Below, in pieces: positions 48,593 to 56,610 of a stretch of 64,000 nt of DNA. Position numbers and translations under genes: made by a program. This stretch comes from Synergistales bacterium. Its GTDB lineage: Bacteria > Synergistota > Synergistia > Synergistales > 79-D21. The notes below the pieces were generated by a model. It was given only the letters and a program-made list of their open reading frames with translations. It had not been told where the DNA came from and did not search any database. The stretch covers positions 3,781 to 67,780 of the forward strand of contig DAIMJI010000003.1 of assembly GCA_036722335.1 (NCBI GenBank). The letters run 5' to 3'. Positions within the stretch are counted from its first letter, which is position 1. The number at the start of each line of letters is the position of its first letter.

Positions 48593-49505
48593 CCCACCAG
48601 TCTCCCTTCTCAAGCTCGGAAAGGATCTTGAGCCCGTTTTCCTCCAGTGCTTCAAGGAAGAGTTCCCTTTCTTTCCTGACAAGCCCCGAGAAGATCGCGA
48701 CGCCTTGCGGCTTCAGGACCGCTTTCACCGAGGGGAGCAAGACCAGCAGGGGCTCAATGACGATGTTGGCCGTCAATAGGTCGACCTTGTGATCGAAACG
48801 ATTGAGCAAATCTCCTTGCTCGATGTTGATGACGCCGTCCGGGATGCCGTTCAGGGCACAGTTTTCGGACGCTTCGGCCAGGACGGCGGGGTCGATGTCC
48901 CTTGCCCAGACCCGCTCTGCTCCCATCTTGACCGCCCCAATCGCAAGGATCGCGGAACCGGTTCCGATATCGGCGGTTATCATTCCCGGCCGCATGATGC
49001 CTTCCATGAGTTCGAGAACGATTTGCGTCGTTTCGTGATATCCGGTGCCGAAGGCACTTCCGGGGTAGATGTATAGAACGGTTTTGTCCGTCTGCACGGA
49101 ATCCTTGTGCCATGGCGCCATCACGACGAGGTTTCGGCCTACTTCCAAGGGAGGAAAAGCCTCTTTCCAGGTCGTATGCCAGGCCCTGTTCTCTATCTTT
49201 CCCATGTCACGAACTGCGATCTCAGGCCACGGCGACAGGACTTCCCCGACTCTTTCAAGCCAGAACCCGAGATCGAAATGACTCCGGTAATACGCCCGTA
49301 TTCCGACCCGCCCGTTTCCCTCGATAACCTCGGAACCGATGCTTCCGGAAAGATCCGCGAGGGAAGCCAGCGCTTCTTCGTTTCCGCTTTTCGTCTCCAG
49401 GGTTATGTACCACCAGAACGATTCCTTTTCCCCCACAGGATCCACCTCCGAATAACCGGGGAGGGAGGCCAAAGCCTCCCTCCCCGAGTGTCGCATCATA
49501 ACCAT
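48567..49505 (-). CDS. prmA: Ribosomal protein L11 methyltransferase PrmA
   Basis: 312 aa. It has a PrmA core (AFGTGYHETT, DIGTGSAILAI) and lies downstream of dnaJ as in Bacillus. Confidence 0.85.
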   Translation of the reverse strand: MVMMRHSGREALASLPGYSEVDPVGEKESFWWYITLETKSGNEEALASLADLSGSIGSEVIEGNGRVGIRAYYRSHFDLGFWLERVGEVLSPWPEIAVRDMGKIENRAWHTTWKEAFPPLEVGRNLVVMAPWHKDSVQTDKTVLYIYPGSAFGTGYHETTQIVLELMEGIMRPGMITADIGTGSAILAIGAVKMGAERVWARDIDPAVLAEASENCALNGIPDGVINIEQGDLLNRFDHKVDLLTANIVIEPLLVLLPSVKAVLKPQGVAIFSGLVRKERELFLEALEENGLKILSELEKGDWWGVSAQVAP

Positions 49506-49535
49506 CCTACCACGAAAGCCCCGCTTAAGGCAGCC

Positions 49536-50660
49536 TCAGGACAGCCACGTCTTCAGCCTGTCCAGTATACCGGCAGTCTGGACCGGGGTTCCCATCTCCG
49601 AGGCAAGCTCCTCGACAAGGCTCCTGGCCTTGTCCGAGAGGTTCCTGGGAACATCGACATCGATATGGACAACAAGGTCTCCCCGGTTCCCCCCCCTGAG
49701 GCGGGGCATTCCCTTTCCCTTCAGGCGGAACGTGTCCCCCGGCCTCGTTCCCCCCGGCAAATCCTTCTTTTCGGAACCATCCAGGGTCGGTACATCCACC
49801 TGGCAGCCAAGCACAGCCTGGGGAAACGAAATGACCGCTTGCGTATGGAGGTCATTGCCGTCCCTTATGAAGAGTTCGTCAGCCTCGACCTCGAGGTGCA
49901 CATAAAGATCCCCCGGCGGTCCCCCGTTTTGTCCGGCCTCGCCGCCCCCATTGACGCGCAGCCTCACGCCGGTGTCTACACCCGCCGGGATCCGCACTTC
50001 AATTTCCCGCTTAACCCTTTTCTGTCCTTCCCCCCGGCATTCCTGGCAGGGGCTATTGATGACATTCCCGGTCCCACGGCACCTTGCGCACGGCACCACT
50101 GTCACGAACTGGCCAAAGGGGGTCCTGGCGGCCTGTTCGACCTGGCCCCTGCCGCCGCAGTCCCGGCATTGCTCAACTGTGGTCCCCGGTTGCGCCCCCG
50201 TGCCGCCGCAGTTTTCGCAACGTTCCCTCCTGTTCACCGTCACCGTCCTGGAAACTCCCGCGGCCGCCTCGCGAAGGGTCACCGACAAGGAAGCTTCGAT
50301 GTCGTTTCCCTGCCTCGGCGCATTTGGCCGTGCCCGTGTTCCCCCTCCCATGAAGGTTTCGAAGATGTCGCCGAAAATATCTCCAAAGGGATCCTGGCCT
50401 GTGAAGGGTCCGTAGCCTCCGCTCCCGTTTCCCACCGTCCCGAAACGGTCGTACTGGGCTCTCTTTTCCGCATCCCCGAGAATCGCATAGGCCTCGTTCA
50501 CAAGCTTGAAGTGCTCTTCGGCCTCCGGGTTTCCCTGATTGGCATCGGGATGGTACTTGCGGGCAAGCTTCCTGTAGCTCTTCTTGATTTCCTCCTGGGA
50601 AGAACCGGGAGAAACTTCCAGAAGACGATAATAGCCCTTCGGATCATCCACCGCAGGCAA
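49536..50660 (-). CDS. dnaJ: Molecular chaperone DnaJ
   Basis: 374 aa. It has a J domain (YYRLLEV...YHPD), a G/F region, and four CxxCxGxG zinc-finger repeats. Confidence 0.95.
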   Translation of the reverse strand: MPAVDDPKGYYRLLEVSPGSSQEEIKKSYRKLARKYHPDANQGNPEAEEHFKLVNEAYAILGDAEKRAQYDRFGTVGNGSGGYGPFTGQDPFGDIFGDIFETFMGGGTRARPNAPRQGNDIEASLSVTLREAAAGVSRTVTVNRRERCENCGGTGAQPGTTVEQCRDCGGRGQVEQAARTPFGQFVTVVPCARCRGTGNVINSPCQECRGEGQKRVKREIEVRIPAGVDTGVRLRVNGGGEAGQNGGPPGDLYVHLEVEADELFIRDGNDLHTQAVISFPQAVLGCQVDVPTLDGSEKKDLPGGTRPGDTFRLKGKGMPRLRGGNRGDLVVHIDVDVPRNLSDKARSLVEELASEMGTPVQTAGILDRLKTWLS

Positions 50661-50692
50661 AGCTTTCCCTCCCTTGTTTCCTTCCCCTGGGC

Positions 50693-51259
50693 TCAGGATT
50701 CATAGCGACCGACCTGCACCTTTGACGGGCGGACGATCCTGTCCCCCAGGCGATATCCCTTCTCCAGGACCCCAAGGACCTTCCCGTCTTCCTCGGGTCC
50801 CTGGACCGGGGACACCAGTATCGCCTCATGGACCTCCGGGTTGAAAGATTCCCCAAGGGCCGATATTTCTTCCAGGCCCAGCGTTTGCAGCGCGGAAAAG
50901 AACTGGGCCCGAACCATCCTGACGCCTTCCAGCAGGGCTGCACCCTCCGGCTTTTCGGCTGAAAGGATCGCCCTGTCAAGGTTATCGAGTACCGGGATCA
51001 GGTTGATGACCGCACTTTCCGCCGCAAGGACCTTCATTCGGGCTGAATCCCGTTCGACCCTGGCCCGGTAGTTCATGAAGTCAGCCTTGATCCTCAGCCC
51101 TTCCTGTTTTAGGGCATCGGCCATGGTTTCCGCCGCCTTGAGCTTTTCTTCCAATTCCGCCTTCTCAACCGCGAGCGCTTCGGGATTCAAGGCATCCGGC
51201 CTTTCTTCAGTCGAGTCCTGGCTTTCATGCGAACCCTTTCTGCAATGTTTTTCAACCAT
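50693..51259 (-). CDS. grpE: Nucleotide exchange factor GrpE
   Basis: 188 aa from MVEKHC, with an AAGGAGG SD 7 nt upstream. GrpE core motifs ADFMNYRARVERD and PVLDNLDRA are present. Confidence 0.9.
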   Translation of the reverse strand: MVEKHCRKGSHESQDSTEERPDALNPEALAVEKAELEEKLKAAETMADALKQEGLRIKADFMNYRARVERDSARMKVLAAESAVINLIPVLDNLDRAILSAEKPEGAALLEGVRMVRAQFFSALQTLGLEEISALGESFNPEVHEAILVSPVQGPEEDGKVLGVLEKGYRLGDRIVRPSKVQVGRYES

Positions 51260-51284
51260 TGAAAATCCTCCTTGGACGATCCGT

Positions 51285-52295
51285 TCAATCTTTTCCCGAA
51301 AGCCCGTCCCAGACTGTTTCAAGCGCGGTGATGGCCCTTTCGTAATCCATGCGGACCGGGCCGATCAGGCCAAGAACGGTACGGGTCCCCTTCTCGGTCG
51401 AGGTCGAAAAAAGCGCTGAAAAAGCCCCCAGTTCGTAATCGGGATCTTCATTCCCTATCACGACGTTCAATCCATCCTTTGCAGAGTAACGGCGCACCAG
51501 CCTTGAAAGCGCGTCTTCTTCCTCGAGCAGGCAAAGAACGGCCTGCAGGCGCCCTATGTCCTGGAAATCCGGGAGGCCGAGGATGTGATGGACTCCGGTC
51601 GTAAAAAACCTGAAATGCTCGGTTGACATCAGGCTGTCGATCTCGGACAACGCCATTCTGCAACTTTCGGACAGTTCCGTCAGTTCCTTGAGCAGGAAAG
51701 ACCTCAGCCCTCCCCGGACCTCGTCCCAAGGGCGTCCCGAAGCGACCGTATTGATTCGTCTCGCGATCTCGTCCAGTATTTCCCTGTTCATCTCGCAGGG
51801 AAATGCCAGCAATTTCTGGTGGATAAGGCGGCCCTGGAGGACAACCAGCAGCAATGCGTGGTTGTGATCGATCATGACAAACTCGACCCGCTCGAAACGG
51901 ACCTGGGCCATCGGCGCCGAAGCCGCAAGGGCGACTGTCTGGGTCGCACGGCTCAGCAACTGTGAAGAATAGGCAAGAGCCTGCTCGAAATCAGCCCTCT
52001 GCCTCTTCAATTCCAACACCCTGTTGGCAAGTTCAGGGGGTTTCTCCCTCTTGCATTCCAGGATGGAATCGACATAGACCCTGAAAGCCCTGCTTGTGGG
52101 AACGCGACCCGCGGAGGTGTGGGGTTGGGTGATATAGCCCATTTCTTCAAGATCGGCCATTTCGTTCCGGATCGTCGCAGCGCTGACCTTCGTCAGGTAT
52201 TTTTTGGAAATCACGCGGGACCCGACGGGTTCTCCCGTGTGGATATACTCGAACACGATAGCCAGGACAACTTCGTATTGGCGCTCGGTAAGCAT
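51285..52295 (-). CDS. hrcA: Heat-inducible transcription repressor HrcA
   Basis: 336 aa from MLTERQYEVVLAIVFEYIHTGEPVGSR, with an AGGAGG SD. Confidence 0.95.
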   Translation of the reverse strand: MLTERQYEVVLAIVFEYIHTGEPVGSRVISKKYLTKVSAATIRNEMADLEEMGYITQPHTSAGRVPTSRAFRVYVDSILECKREKPPELANRVLELKRQRADFEQALAYSSQLLSRATQTVALAASAPMAQVRFERVEFVMIDHNHALLLVVLQGRLIHQKLLAFPCEMNREILDEIARRINTVASGRPWDEVRGGLRSFLLKELTELSESCRMALSEIDSLMSTEHFRFFTTGVHHILGLPDFQDIGRLQAVLCLLEEEDALSRLVRRYSAKDGLNVVIGNEDPDYELGAFSALFSTSTEKGTRTVLGLIGPVRMDYERAITALETVWDGLSGKD

Positions 52296-52319
52296 GAAAT
52301 TCAACCTCCTGCCTGGAAA

Positions 52320-52346
52320 TTGGCACTCTCCACATTCGAGTGCCAA
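52320..52346. promoter_or_regulatory. CIRCE operator (HrcA binding site)
   Basis: TTGGCACTC-N9-GAGTGCCAA is a perfect inverted repeat. It differs from the consensus TTAGCACTC-N9-GAGTGCTAA by one compensated position and lies 25 nt upstream of the hrcA ATG. Confidence 0.9.
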
Positions 52347-52362
52347 CTCCCACTCGTCCGGT

Positions 52363-52391
52363 AGGTTAGCAGTCACACTGCCCATTGTCAA
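52363..52391 (-). promoter_or_regulatory. Candidate sigma-70 promoter of the hrcA operon (TTGACA-N17-TAACCT)
   Basis: The minus strand has a perfect -35 TTGACA, a 17-nt spacer and a TAACCT -10, immediately upstream of CIRCE. Confidence 0.55.
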
Positions 52392-52467
52392 CACAGGTCA
52401 AAGGAGTCTCCCCGAGGATCATTACAATAGTGTAGGATAGCATTTTCCAATTTGAGGAGGAAGAGAC

Positions 52468-53115
52468 TTGGCCCAGCAAGGAATCCGTACGACGATCGTC
52501 ATCATCAGGCACGGGGAATGCGCAGGCAACCGCGAGGGACTCTTCCGGGGTCGCTGCGATTTCCCCCTGAATGAAACCGGGATAAGGCAGGCCGAAGCAC
52601 TGGCCCATGAATTGAGGGATACCGGGATCACCCGCATCTTCTCCAGCCCCCTGCTGCGTGCGACAGAAACAGCCGGAAAGATAGCGGAAACATGCGGCAT
52701 CGAATGGGAAACCCGCAGCGGTTTCAACAATATCGCACTTGGACAGTGGGAAGGGCGCCCCAAAAAAGAGGTGGAGGAAGATTTCCCCGAAGAGTGGCGA
52801 CTCTGGATCGAGCATCCCGACCGCCTCCACATCCCTGGGGGAGAATCCCTGTCCGATGTCCAAAGAAGAGCGTTTTCCAACTTGGAGCACCTTGTCCATA
52901 CCTTTACGGGGGAAACATTCGCCGTCGTTTCGCACAGGGCCGTCATAAAACCGTTACTGGCCGCATGTCTCGGCATGACCGAGCCTTCTTTCTGGAAACT
53001 TCACGTGGACACCGCCTCCTACTCTCTTCTCGTGCACGAGGAAAAGCGCGGTTATTGCCTGACCCTGCTGAACCAGGTGCGCCACTTGTCGGAAATGACG
53101 AGTGAATGGGTGTAA
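52468..53115 (+). CDS. Histidine phosphatase family protein (phosphoglycerate mutase / CobC-like)
   Basis: 215 aa. It has the RHGE motif (IIRHGECAGN) and a downstream SHRAV His motif. The start is a TTG with a GAGGAGG SD. Confidence 0.8.
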   Translation: MAQQGIRTTIVIIRHGECAGNREGLFRGRCDFPLNETGIRQAEALAHELRDTGITRIFSSPLLRATETAGKIAETCGIEWETRSGFNNIALGQWEGRPKKEVEEDFPEEWRLWIEHPDRLHIPGGESLSDVQRRAFSNLEHLVHTFTGETFAVVSHRAVIKPLLAACLGMTEPSFWKLHVDTASYSLLVHEEKRGYCLTLLNQVRHLSEMTSEWV

Positions 53116-53209
53116 AAAGGAAAGGCTGCCTTGCTTGACCCGATTCACCTCAGGCGATAACATCATTGGTCGGCACCATCGCTAATTTATTTTTATAACA
53201 AGAGGTCTT

Positions 53210-54421
53210 ATGAAACTTTTATTGCTCGAAAATCTCGACGAAAAGTCCTTGCTTTCCGAAATCGACCGTATCGGTGCAGACCGCAGGAGTTTCCCGTTTT
53301 TTTTCCGTAAACGGGAGATCCTTCTCCTTTCCGCGAAAGGCCTTGATGTGAGGGCCGCGAATGCCCTCAAGCAGGAGATGCTTTCGAGGGGAGGGGACAT
53401 CATCGTCCACAAGAGGACCATAGACTGCGGCGTTAAAGAAACCGATGCCCTCTTGATGGCAACCCAGGGACAGTTTTCCCGACTCCTCGAGAAACTGGGC
53501 TCAATGCCGTACTGGGGGCTGCAGGAATTCAGGGAAGCACTAGCCCGGGCATTGCGCAACGCTTCCAGGAAGGCATGGAACATCCGCCTTCCCAGAGGTC
53601 GGTCCCTGAAACTGAATGACACGACCAAGATCATGGGAATCGTCAACCTCACTGAGGATTCGTTTTATGAAGGCAGCCGAAAACCTGATGTTCGGGATGC
53701 GGTTTCGAGGGCTCTTTCCTTCTTCGGGGAAGGAGCCGACATTGTCGATATCGGTGGTGAATCCACCCGCCCCGGGGCCGTGGAGATCGCCCCTTCCCAG
53801 GAAGCGTCCCGGATCGTCCCCGTCATCTCCGAAATTCGCAAGTCAAACCCTGACTGCATCATTTCAGTGGACACGAGGAAATCATCTGTCGCCCGAAAGG
53901 CTGTTGAAGCGGGAGCGGATATCGTCAACGACGTTTCGGGCCTGAGGTATGACCCCGATATGGCAAAAACCGTAGCCGAGCTTGGAGTTCCCCTCGTCCT
54001 TATGCACAGTAGGAAAACCCCTGAAAAAATGCAGGAATCTCCAACTTATGGCGATGTTGTCTTCGAGGTTTGCGAAGAAATGGATCAATCCATGCGAATC
54101 GCCGAGGAAGCCGGGATCGGCAGGGAAGCGATCATACTCGATCCAGGCCTCGGTTTTGCCAAGGAAACGGACCATAACCTGAGCCTGATGAAACATCTAT
54201 GTGCATTCCGGACCATGGGTCGACCGCTTTTGGTTGGACACTCCCGAAAAAGCACGATCGGCAGGGTCCTTTCCCTTCAGTCTCCAGCGGACCGTCTTGA
54301 AGGAACCCTTGCCATCACGGCGATCTGCGCGTGGCAGGGGATTTCCGTCGTCCGAGTCCACGACGTGAGAGAAAACTACCGGGCCGTAAGGATGATACGA
54401 GCCATAAAGGACGCGAAATGA
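53210..54421 (+). CDS. folP: Dihydropteroate synthase with an extra N-terminal domain of about 130 aa
   Basis: 403 aa. The pterin-binding DHPS core begins at about residue 135 (IMGIVNLTEDSFYEGS...DIVDIGGESTRPG...ISVDT...NDVSG...GHSRKS). Confidence 0.9.
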   Translation: MKLLLLENLDEKSLLSEIDRIGADRRSFPFFFRKREILLLSAKGLDVRAANALKQEMLSRGGDIIVHKRTIDCGVKETDALLMATQGQFSRLLEKLGSMPYWGLQEFREALARALRNASRKAWNIRLPRGRSLKLNDTTKIMGIVNLTEDSFYEGSRKPDVRDAVSRALSFFGEGADIVDIGGESTRPGAVEIAPSQEASRIVPVISEIRKSNPDCIISVDTRKSSVARKAVEAGADIVNDVSGLRYDPDMAKTVAELGVPLVLMHSRKTPEKMQESPTYGDVVFEVCEEMDQSMRIAEEAGIGREAIILDPGLGFAKETDHNLSLMKHLCAFRTMGRPLLVGHSRKSTIGRVLSLQSPADRLEGTLAITAICAWQGISVVRVHDVRENYRAVRMIRAIKDAK

Positions 54422-54924
54422 AGGCCTCCGCCAGGATAAAAGCGGCGATAGGCCTCGGCAGCAATTTGGGGGACCGACTGGGAAACCTTCGCCAGGCGCT
54501 GGCTTTTCTTTCGGAATCCGGGGTCTCTATCCTCGAAAGAAGCCATGTCTATGAAACACCGCCCTATGGAAAGACCGACCAGCCTCTTTTCCTGAACGCC
54601 ACGGTCATCGTCGAGCATGAGGGCGACGCTTTATCCCTTCTTGCGCTGCTGAAGGGAATAGAAAAGAGGATAGGAAGGCAGGACAGGGGACATTGGGGAC
54701 CAAGGGAAATTGACTTGGACTTGCTCATGATCCCCGGTTTCACTTACAGGGATGAAAACCTCGAAGTCCCTCATCCGGGAATAGCCGACAGGGCTTTTGT
54801 GCTCGTACCGCTTGCGGAAATCGCTCCCCATTGGGTCCATCCGGTTATCGGACTGGAGGTCGCGGAACTAGCCGGCAGGTTTAAGGCAGAAGCCCTTTCC
54901 TTTTGCCGTATCGCGCTCCTTTGA
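54418..54924 (+). CDS. folK: 2-amino-4-hydroxy-6-hydroxymethyldihydropteridine diphosphokinase
   Basis: 168 aa from MKASARIKAAIGLGSNLGD. The HPPK motifs GPREIDLDLL and PHP are present. It has an ATGA overlap with the folP stop. Confidence 0.9.
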   Translation: MKASARIKAAIGLGSNLGDRLGNLRQALAFLSESGVSILERSHVYETPPYGKTDQPLFLNATVIVEHEGDALSLLALLKGIEKRIGRQDRGHWGPREIDLDLLMIPGFTYRDENLEVPHPGIADRAFVLVPLAEIAPHWVHPVIGLEVAELAGRFKAEALSFCRIALL

Positions 54925-54952
54925 AACGTACCAATCGACTGGAGGTAAAGCC

Positions 54953-55693
54953 TTGAAAACAAGACCCCTGTTGTTCTTCATCGCCTGCGCCGTTTCCTTC
55001 ACGTGGGGAGTGCCTTCAGCCCTTGCAAGCACCCGCGTCCTTTCAGTCCCTGGGCAACCCGTTTTCCTTGTTCTCAAGGAGGAATCCGGAGCCGTCACCC
55101 AGGCGATCCTGAGAACACCCAGCGGGTTGCAGCCGGTCACCGAAATCGTGGGACTCTCTTTCTCCGGAGAAAACCTGACGTCGCAGCAGGTTGATCGCGA
55201 CGGAAAACCGGATTTGCTCTGGAAACTGACCTTTCTTGAAAAGGATGACAAATCCCAGGGCACCGTCCTCTGGGTCTCCGTCATCACCAGGAAACCGCGC
55301 CTATGGCTTGCAGCCAGCCCAGTCGGGGAAACTCTCTGGGACGCGATCCGCCCGAAACTGACCGTTCCCCGCGGAACCCTGCTCTATGTCTCTCCAACAC
55401 TACCCCAGTTTTTCAACCTGCCCCAGTACCAGGGAAAGGATATCCTGACTTATGTCTACTGTATCGTCCTTAGCGATGCCGGGCCAGGAATTGGCGTTGT
55501 GCCGGATGTTTACAAGCAGCTCCTGAGAATCGTCCAAACCGTCAGGGAACACGAAATCGACCTGGGCAGGAAAAAAGCCTATGAAGCATTGGAAGCCGAT
55601 TTCAAGTCCCTTTCCGAGGGAGGAAAACCTTCCACGGGAGCGATTCTCGGCTTGGGTTTCAGGAAAATCGCGGAAATCACCTGGCAACCCTAG
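54953..55693 (+). CDS. Secreted hypothetical protein
   Basis: 246 aa. The start is a TTG with a GGAGG SD. The signal peptide is MKTRPLLFFIACAVSFTWGVPSALAS. I recognise no motif. Confidence 0.55.
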   Translation: MKTRPLLFFIACAVSFTWGVPSALASTRVLSVPGQPVFLVLKEESGAVTQAILRTPSGLQPVTEIVGLSFSGENLTSQQVDRDGKPDLLWKLTFLEKDDKSQGTVLWVSVITRKPRLWLAASPVGETLWDAIRPKLTVPRGTLLYVSPTLPQFFNLPQYQGKDILTYVYCIVLSDAGPGIGVVPDVYKQLLRIVQTVREHEIDLGRKKAYEALEADFKSLSEGGKPSTGAILGLGFRKIAEITWQP

Positions 55694-55707
55694 GCAAGCC
55701 AGAAGCC

Positions 55708-55745
55708 AATAAGGAGCGGGGTGCCTTCGCACCCCGCCCCTTATT
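55708..55745. terminator. Bidirectional terminator hairpin between convergent genes
   Basis: A 17-bp stem with one mismatch (aataaggagcggggtgc-cttc-gcaccccgccccttatt). Confidence 0.7.
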
Positions 55746-55757
55746 GCTTTCCCGACG

Positions 55758-56105
55758 CTAGAGCGTGAATGTTTTCTTCAAGCTCCCGAAGATGTTGCAG
55801 TCCGCCTCGACCTGTATCGTCTGTCCCTTCTGCAGCCCTTCCACGGGTATTTCAACATCCAGCCCGGTCTTGTCCGTTTGTGTTCCGAAGCTCTTTTCGG
55901 CAAGCTGCTGGCCGTCCTTGAATATGACAACCCTGTTTATGAAATGTTTTGCAGGATCGTTTACGGTATGAGAAACCTGCACCCTGATCTTCCCTTCGGG
56001 CATCAGGGAAACGATTAGTGACCCGGGGGGATGGGCAAGTGCCTTCCCTGTCGTCAGGACGAGGAAAAATCCCACACCGATAAGCCACCAGGCAACCTTT
56101 TTCAT
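55758..56105 (-). CDS. Small secreted beta-sandwich protein with superoxide-reductase/SoxZ-like motifs
   Basis: 115 aa from MKKVAWWLIGVGFFLVLTTGKALA|HPPG, with a GAGGAGG SD 9 nt upstream. The mature part carries H...SHTVNDPAKHFI...DCNIFGSL. The resemblance was judged by eye only. Confidence 0.6.
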   Translation of the reverse strand: MKKVAWWLIGVGFFLVLTTGKALAHPPGSLIVSLMPEGKIRVQVSHTVNDPAKHFINRVVIFKDGQQLAEKSFGTQTDKTGLDVEIPVEGLQKGQTIQVEADCNIFGSLKKTFTL

Positions 56106-56130
56106 TCTTGTCGGCCTCCTCTCACGCAAC

Positions 56131-56610
56131 CTACGTCAATTCTCCCTTTCTGGCTTTCCCAAGTGTTTCCAGCACCTCATCGGCATGACCCTTCACTTTG
56201 ACCGAAGGCCAGGCCCATCTTACCATCCCTTCGGGGTCGATAAGGAAAGTCGACCTGACGATCCCCTCGTATTCCTTTCCGTACATCTTTTTGCTGCCCC
56301 AGGCCCCATAAGCTTTTATCGCCTGGTGATCGGGATCGCTCAGCAGCAAGAGCCCCAGGTTGGCCTTCCTTGCGAAGTTTTCGTGCGATTTTACCGAATC
56401 TGCGCTAACCCCTGCCACGACCGCTTCTTGCGACTCTATTTCGGGCAACCTGTCCGAAAAAGCCTTCGCTTCCTCGGTTCACCCACTTGTTCCGTCCTTG
56501 GGATAAAAAAACAGGATAAGCCATTTCCCGCGGAAGTCCGAAAGGGAAAACCGTTTATTGCCCAGTCCCTCTAGATCAAATTCGGCAGCCCGGTCCCCTT
56601 TTCCCAGCAT
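56131..56610 (-). CDS. Selenocysteine-containing peroxiredoxin (BCP/PrxQ type; TGA at 56479..56481 decoded as Sec)
   Basis: The ORF track shows only 56131..56448. The same frame continues upstream through a single TGA: MLGKGDRAAEFDLEGLGNKRFSLSDFRGKWLILFFYPKDGTSG[TGA]TEEAKAFSDRLPEIESQ... The TGA aligns with the peroxidatic Cys of BCP (FYPKAMTPGCT). The ATG at 56610 has a GGGAG SD (alternative ATG at 56619). A hairpin follows the TGA. Confidence 0.8.
56430..56469 (-). promoter_or_regulatory. Candidate bacterial SECIS stem-loop
   Basis: It starts 9 nt after the UGA: GCGA-AGG-CU-U-UUUCGG-A-C-AGGUU-G-C-CCGAAA-U-AG-AG-UCGC. This gives about 13 bp in three helical segments and an apical loop containing GGU about 31 nt from the UGA. 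Confidence 0.6.

Noticed and set aside
49107-50705. A 532-aa plus-strand ORF, the longest non-annotated ORF in the track.
   Set aside because: It lies entirely antisense to prmA and dnaJ, both of which have unmistakable family motifs. Its product is a low-complexity P/R/G/S-rich sequence with no SD or promoter. This is a typical shadow ORF of high-GC coding DNA.
52366-52374. A second CIRCE-like half-site, TTAGCAGTC, upstream of the hrcA CIRCE.
   Set aside because: No matching inverted partner (GAGTGCTAA-like) lies 9 nt away. The string overlaps the predicted -10 region by chance.
53116-53209. A possible THF or ZTP riboswitch in front of folP.
   Set aside because: It is only 94 nt and AT-rich. 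I see no obvious conserved pseudoknot or helices of either class by inspection. It is more likely a plain promoter region.
53182-53652. A 156-aa minus-strand ORF at the start of folP.
   Set aside because: It is antisense to the folP N-terminal domain. It has no SD, and no minus-strand gene context supports it.
56131-56448. Reading the truncated peroxiredoxin as a pseudogene or as a split gene caused by a frameshift.
   Set aside because: Both halves are in the same frame and are separated by a single TGA exactly at the catalytic Cys column. An SD/ATG lies upstream and a SECIS-like hairpin lies downstream. Recoding explains the data better than gene decay.
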